Origin: Minutocellus sp. GHC0000111
Taxonomy: Eukaryota
DNA: 64,000 nucleotides
Direction: 5' to 3'
NCBI GenBank assembly: GCA_977018835.1
Contig: OZ361261.1
Location: 1,240,001-1,304,000 of the forward strand
Made by a program: the position numbers and the translations under genes. The notes beneath the pieces were generated by a model, which worked only from the letters and a program-made list of their open reading frames with translations, was not told where the DNA came from and did no database searches. This document shows positions 58,176-64,000 of this stretch, one piece after another. Each line of letters begins with the position of its first letter. Within the stretch, counting starts at the first letter, position 1.

Positions 58176-59486
58176 ATGAGCTCTCTATCGGCGTCGCTTG
58201 TTGGACCGGCAGCAGCCCCGCCTCATTACTGTGAAAATGATCACGATGACGAGGCTTCGCCAATGATGGTGTTGTCATCGGCATCTTCCGAAGAATATCC
58301 GACCGACTATGAATGTCAAAGGCATGCCAGCGCCAATACTCTCAATTCCATACCCACTGCGCGTAGGGCATCGTCTTCGGTAATATTGGCATGTCTCGCT
58401 GTATCTTTTGTGGCGGGGGTCCTCGCCACCGTCTTGATATCTGGCAGCACCAGCACAAGTAGCAACGAGAGCCAAGGCTACTTATCGACGATGCTTGACA
58501 GCACCGACAACAACCACGAACACACCTCTTTACGCAGATCCTTCGTCTGCATCACGGGTCAATTGGAGCGTCTTGAGCTTGATAATAAGATCAACTCGGT
58601 CCTGTTCCCTCTCCGCGCAGCCGGCTATGAACCAGATGTAGCTCTGGTCTTGGACGACTCGTCTCTTCGTGTGACCAATGATGTTGGTCCAAAGGGAGTC
58701 GATTTTGACTATGCTCCTGTCTACACAGCCTTTGACGATGCCGCGCGAGATCTTCGAGATTTGGACTTCCATGTAGTTACCGGCTCACTGTATATCCAAG
58801 CGGCCGACCCAATCGTCAACGAGGAGTACGTTCAGCATCTACAACAAAAGGCTGGAATGACTTACGAGCAGCACAGGGAACGCAGCAAGAACAACATCCG
58901 GATGATGGAGAGCTGGCAGCAGTGCTATGCCGAGATGATGGGCGACGTCGAGCGATCTTCAACTTATGATCTCGTAATTCGCGTCCGTGAGGATGCTGGA
59001 TTTCTCGAAGCACTGGACATTGACTTTCTAAAGCAGGAGCTTGCCAAGTCATCCAGAACTGTCATTTCGAACGGTTGCCGAACAAGTCACGGGATGAACG
59101 ACAAGGCCGCCGTCGTTTCGAGAGATGCCGCACGGTCGTACTTTTTGTCCCCACTTCAGTACTACTACACTCGACCAATCCACGACAATGTCTTCTCGTC
59201 GGAAAGTTTCATCTACTACGTGTATCAGGCAGAGGGCCTTTTGCTGCTAAAACCACCAGAGATCCGTTCGGTGGTCAAGCTCGTTACCGACAGGGATGGC
59301 AACACCAAGCTATTTCCCGGGGAAAAGAAAACTCTCATTCACATGTGCAGGGTACGAATTGATAATGATGGGGCACCGAGTAACTGTACTATGGTGTGGG
59401 ACGCCGAGAATCGCGATCTGCAGGACGTATCTTCGATTTGCTGGCCGCATACTATGAAGGATCCAGAATGTGCGACATGCAAGTAA
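58176..59486 (+). CDS. Type II membrane protein, putative glycosyltransferase-like
   Basis: TM near N-terminus; FVCITGQLERL, YDLVIRVRED, GMNDK and SSE motifs; Cys-rich tail. Confidence 0.65.
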   Translation: MSSLSASLVGPAAAPPHYCENDHDDEASPMMVLSSASSEEYPTDYECQRHASANTLNSIPTARRASSSVILACLAVSFVAGVLATVLISGSTSTSSNESQGYLSTMLDSTDNNHEHTSLRRSFVCITGQLERLELDNKINSVLFPLRAAGYEPDVALVLDDSSLRVTNDVGPKGVDFDYAPVYTAFDDAARDLRDLDFHVVTGSLYIQAADPIVNEEYVQHLQQKAGMTYEQHRERSKNNIRMMESWQQCYAEMMGDVERSSTYDLVIRVREDAGFLEALDIDFLKQELAKSSRTVISNGCRTSHGMNDKAAVVSRDAARSYFLSPLQYYYTRPIHDNVFSSESFIYYVYQAEGLLLLKPPEIRSVVKLVTDRDGNTKLFPGEKKTLIHMCRVRIDNDGAPSNCTMVWDAENRDLQDVSSICWPHTMKDPECATCK

Positions 59487-59688
59487 TAGGTTCGACGAAA
59501 CGACATGTACATATCAAGAGGACATATCCGGACAAATTCATTATATTCATGTAATTGTAGAGTAAAAAGGTGTACTTTATAAATTTTCGATCGCTTACAT
59601 ACTACGCCGCAAATTCATCCACTAATTTCTTCGTCGCTCCGCTCTGAGCTTTCGCGAAGTCCACTATGAAAGACAACCGAATCATTGT

Positions 59689-60816
59689 CTACATTTTCTC
59701 TTGCAAAAATTCCCAAGACCCCCCTTCTTTGCCAAATATGTATTCTTCCATGGTCGATATCGCTGCTTTCAGTACGCTGATTTTGGTGGGAATATCTTTT
59801 GGACTGATGAGGCTACTTGTCTCTCCTTCTTCCATAGAACGCAGTCTTTCGATCCAACTTTGTGCAATGTCGATGCACCCTTGTTGCACAGGATCAGCTC
59901 CGGACTCAAGTAGTTGTTTCATCTTTGCAAATTTCACCCTTGAGGACCTGCCAACACCAGCATATGCATATAAATTCATTAAAGAATCAATAAGGGGAGT
60001 GATTTCATCATTTTCCTCTTGTGCATACAATGAATTAATATCTTCACAATCCGGCTGGTCCAAGAGAGCCTTTAAATATCGGGGACGAATGCAGTCTTTT
60101 TCCAGTGCGTATTGAACAAGGTTCACATCGCGTGATTCCTCGCCATCCTCGAAACTGGCATCATCAATTATTGACGCTTGGCTATTTGGATCGATCTTGG
60201 GAAGTCCCATGAGGTATTTGAAACAACCCCATTGATCTTCAACCATTGCTTCCGAGAGCAGGTGAACTCGGCGGTAGCTACTAAGACTGCTCCACATCAT
60301 TGAATTGATGTCAACCCCAACATCCTCGACCAAGCATTTGAGCACGTCCAGGAGGCCACATTCGATGGCCACGGCTGGATTGTTGAAGAAGACGAAGGGA
60401 TTGACTCGGAACGCTAGATCGCCTTCCTCATCAATTCTCGAGGCAAGCGCAAACTCTTCTACACCCTCGGAACAGCAAAGATTCCTCCAATTCGGATTGA
60501 CCCTCATCCATGCGCGAATATTTTTGGACAACTTTCTCTTTTTCTTACGAGCGGCGACATCACCAGCACGTCCGATGTACGCGATTTCTCGGCAAGTTTC
60601 GAGTACATACTCAAAACCGGCATCGTTATCTTTTAGGTATGCTACTCGGCAGGCATTGGCATCCGTTGGGCCGACTGCCAGGAGGATATTCATAAGAGTA
60701 TTCTGAGCAACGTTGCCATTAGAGCTGCTTCCCCAAGGAATGAAAGTAAAAATCGAAGCAATGATTTCAGACGGGAAAAGAAGATGCTCGCCGTCGTCAG
60801 AGATATGATCTGGCAT
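59689..60816 (-). CDS. Hypothetical protein with F-box-like start and ankyrin-like repeats
   Basis: LFPSEIIASIFTFI; AIECGLLDVLKCLVEDVGVDIN, TPL, LLESGADP. Confidence 0.65.
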   Translation of the reverse strand: MPDHISDDGEHLLFPSEIIASIFTFIPWGSSSNGNVAQNTLMNILLAVGPTDANACRVAYLKDNDAGFEYVLETCREIAYIGRAGDVAARKKKRKLSKNIRAWMRVNPNWRNLCCSEGVEEFALASRIDEEGDLAFRVNPFVFFNNPAVAIECGLLDVLKCLVEDVGVDINSMMWSSLSSYRRVHLLSEAMVEDQWGCFKYLMGLPKIDPNSQASIIDDASFEDGEESRDVNLVQYALEKDCIRPRYLKALLDQPDCEDINSLYAQEENDEITPLIDSLMNLYAYAGVGRSSRVKFAKMKQLLESGADPVQQGCIDIAQSWIERLRSMEEGETSSLISPKDIPTKISVLKAAISTMEEYIFGKEGGSWEFLQEKM

Positions 60817-61004
60817 GGGTGCGACGTTCGGGTATTCAACAAGTGGTACTAGGACCGCGAGAGCGTTCAATGAGATTCTCTGGTCGACTATCGCCTTTGA
60901 CTGGCCCAAACAATGAGAATGGAACTCACCGCGCGGCAAGACGAACGAGTGCATGTAGCATGCGCGGCCCATATCTCAAAACGGTACTGGCGGCATATCT
61001 TGTC

Positions 61005-61052
61005 GGCCTTCGAGAAGATTTTGGGTTGGGCCTTCGAGAAGATTTTGGGTTG
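61005..61052. repeat. 24-bp perfect tandem duplication
   Basis: GGCCTTCGAGAAGATTTTGGGTTG x2. Confidence 0.9.
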
Positions 61053-61203
61053 GGGTTGATCCCCGAAGATCTCATAGGGGTCTTCATGACGCCTCCATAA
61101 AAAAGTTGCAAAAAAAATCTCGTGCCAGTTGATCTTTCGTCATCAACAAAGCAATAACAACATCTACTCGAAAGCTGCAACAGGTTCTATCTTCTCTAAC
61201 CTT

Positions 61204-62545
61204 TTAAACTATGTGCCGATCCTGATTCCCTTGATCCTGAACAGTCCATTTCTGCTCCGCAATCAGTGCAAGATCATCTCGATCGAGAGTACCGGATTCA
61301 TCTCTGTCAAGCTTGGCAAACAATTTGCGGATTTCCAAGATGCTTCTCTTGTCTGCTTTCCCCATTGCAAGTAGCATAAAAGATATAAAATCGGCCTCGG
61401 ACACCTGCCCGTCGCCGTCGTCATCCATCTCTTCAAGGTCGCTGAGCGCTAGTTCTCTCTCTAGAAACTTCTTTTCTGCCATGCGCGCCTCTCTCTTCAA
61501 CCGACTTCCTGCAATCTGCCCCAATATCTGACCAACAACTGCCACCGATGCCGGGATAAATAGCAAAGATAGGAGCCTCATCGACGGCAAAACTGGTGCA
61601 ACATCACCTATACCAATAGTGGTGGTTGTGATTACCGCATAGTAAATCGACTTGCCAATTGTCCACCCTTCAAAGTGTCCAATGGTGCATGCAACTATGA
61701 AAACAATCAGCAGCAACGGCATAACCTTCTTCACAATATTCAATGCATCTTTGAATGTGGCCAAACAACTCGAGTCGGCATTGTCATTCCTCGGTGCCAT
61801 GCTCAAAGCTCTGTCCACACCGGAGTTTGATTCTTCATCCTCGTCATCTTCAACGCCCGAGGCAAAGATGTGAACAAGCCGTCTCTTTGCTTTCTCTCTT
61901 CGCGACTCATACGCCCGTTGCTGCTGCTCCAATATCCGTTGGCCCAGTATACCCAAACCGATTGCAATGATGCAAACCCCGTAAATGGCAAAGAACCCAG
62001 TAAATATTTGGCTTGGGGCATTTGTAGGAGCAGGGGAACCATATCCAACGGTGGCTATAATATTTGGTACAGTGTGACCGCTTCGAATCAATGAAACGAA
62101 AGAGTGTGAGATGTGCCAAAGAAAAGTTGCCAAACATATGGCTGCGGTCAGTATTGTCTACTTAGGATCGAAGCGACCCAAGAATACATGGCATGTACTC
62201 ACTGAATGTAGTGACGGAGAAGTAGAGGCTATCAATTATTGACCATTCCTCGAACACGAACGAGTAGGCACAGACTCCAACGCCAAGGTACAGAACAAAG
62301 TAGACGAAGCACTCCCTGAACGCCAGCGTGGCCGGTTGGAATCCATCCGCAAAGCTTGGCTGCCGCCGGTCATTTGGTGGTGGGTTGGACATTAGTAATG
62401 CGGATGGTTGTAGGGATGCGGACTCTTCGTCGTCGAGGAGTGGCGAAGCGAGGGACATGTGATCATGATCAGTGGCTGCCTCGCCATTCTGCGAGGCGGT
62501 GGGGCTCATCATCGCCGACTCTGGGGACTGCCGCTTCCGTATCAT
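61204..62545 (-). CDS. Two-pore (TPK-type) K+ channel with C-terminal EF-hands; intron 62055-62202
   Basis: DSLYFSVTTFT|TVGYGS, YYAVITTTTIGIGD, and DDDGDGQVSEADF and DRDESGTLDRDD EF loops. Confidence 0.9.
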
Positions 62546-62788
62546 GATTGACTGCGAATGAGGCTGCAGCACGGTGGTTGCTTCCGATGCTCGCAGTGGT
62601 TCTTTGTTCTTGACTGAACTGGCGTGATGTGCTTGTTTACTTAAAATTTCGCCGACGATCACTTCGCCGAGCTGCAGAGAGCGACTGATCCGGGGCCCCT
62701 GATCCGATGCGGACCTGCTCTGCAGACCATGACAGATGCAGGCCAACGACGCTTCTTCTTGCTGCCATTTTATTAGATACCGACCATT

Positions 62789-64000
62789 ATGTCGCAACAA
62801 CCCAAAGCCACCCCAGTGGCCAGCACGTACGTCGCCGGCGATGACCCCTCCCGCCTCAAGGATGCCGCCGCCTACCTGGGCCTGGACCGGGCACGCCGGC
62901 CCACAGGCCGAGTTCGGGAGGCCGTCGGGTCGCTCCTGCTGGACACGACGCTGGAGTCGGCCAGGATGCACTCCGTCGGAACGCTGGCCAGCGACGAGCG
63001 GGTCGACGAGGGCGGGACCATCCATCTGATGACGCTGACCCGACGGCGACGGGCGGCCCGGCCGGCCTACGAAGGCGGGGGGGATTTGATGAGCATCTTC
63101 GAGAAGCCAATGGAGATTGCCGAAGGGGGAGAGGGAGGGGAAGAAGGCGAAGAAGAATATGAGGTGGTCGATACCGTGGAGGGTGGATCCCTTGGCGCCG
63201 CCACTTTTGGCATCATCAAGGGTACCATTGGCCCAGCCATCCTTTTCTTACCCCGTGGATTCAAGATGGCTGGTTGGGGCGTGGCCATTCCTGCGCTGCT
63301 GTTCTCCACGGCAACCTACCTGTACAGTGCCGGCAGACTGTTGGATTGCTGGCGCATCGAGAAGCGCAAGATCGAACGATTAGAGGAGATCAAGGCTCTA
63401 TTAGGAGATACCGAGGGAAACTACGGCGCTACCGATGATGCAGGTGATGCGCCACCTGAAGCGCCCAAGGGTCCTGTTGATCCGCACCTTGCTTCGTCGG
63501 ATGGGACCATGTTGACTTATCCGGAACTTGCAAAGAGAGCCTTTGGGAAATATTCCGTATTTGTTTCCGCTGGAATTGCCGTGCTGCAGTTTGGGGTTTG
63601 CCTCACCTATTTCATTTTTGTACCAGAAAATTTAGTTGCCGTCACGCATTCCTTGACCGGAAAGGCCGTGCCACAAGAGGCGTTCCTTATTGCCATGATA
63701 TTCGCAGAAATCCCATTTACTTGGATCCGTGATATTCGACGTCTCACCCCAACCAACATTCTGGCATCGTTGCTCATCTTCTTTGGGTTGGCATCGTGTC
63801 TTGGCATTGCGCTATTTAAAGATTACGGTGATAGCTCCCTCATCAAAGAGATATCGCAGCTACCGCCAGTCAACCATGAGACTTGGTTCATGTCACTGCG
63901 TTTTATATGTTTGAGGGCGCAATGACGCTTGTGGTTCCTCTGCAGGAAGCAGTATTTACGCCGGAGGACAAGGCCAAATTCCCAGCACTCAACAAGCGTG
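62789..64000 (+). CDS. AAAP/SLC36-type amino-acid transporter (3'-partial; small deletion/frameshift ~63893)
   Basis: IIKGTIGPAILFLPRGFKMAGW, QFGVCLTYFIFV; next frame reads TAFYMFEGAMTLVVPLQEAV. Confidence 0.88.

Overview
Gene-dense eukaryotic nuclear DNA, most likely a diatom or close ochrophyte: short GT-AG introns, signal peptide + 'AF' bipartite plastid leaders, and PGRL1. About 27 host genes or pseudogenes are recognisable, including three tandem PDZ genes, a HotDog thioesterase, a CAMK-type kinase, a disrupted GH17 glucanase, a DUF4954-like protein, a syntaxin-6-type SNARE, two methyltransferases, an RseP-type M50 protease, PGRL1, a sulfotransferase, a vWA protein, CDC16, ATG18, NTE/patatin, a TPK channel and an AAAP transporter. 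The most notable structure is in the DNA transposons. (1) A 2.6-kb element at 48522-51124 has CACAGCC...GGCTGTG termini, a perfect 5-bp target-site duplication (ACTCC), asymmetric ends and a Transib/RAG1/Chapaev-type transposase remnant. (2) A 3.66-kb TA-flanked Tc1/mariner-superfamily element at 25197-28859 has DD38D spacing and a second convergent ORF with an HTH-like motif, and is inserted 30 bp upstream of the PGRL1 ATG. (3) Two MITE families are also present. Many conserved genes carry small frameshifting indels, several in homopolymers, so the assembly is probably imperfectly polished and frameshift-based pseudogene calls are provisional. All family assignments come from motif recognition by eye; no searches were run.
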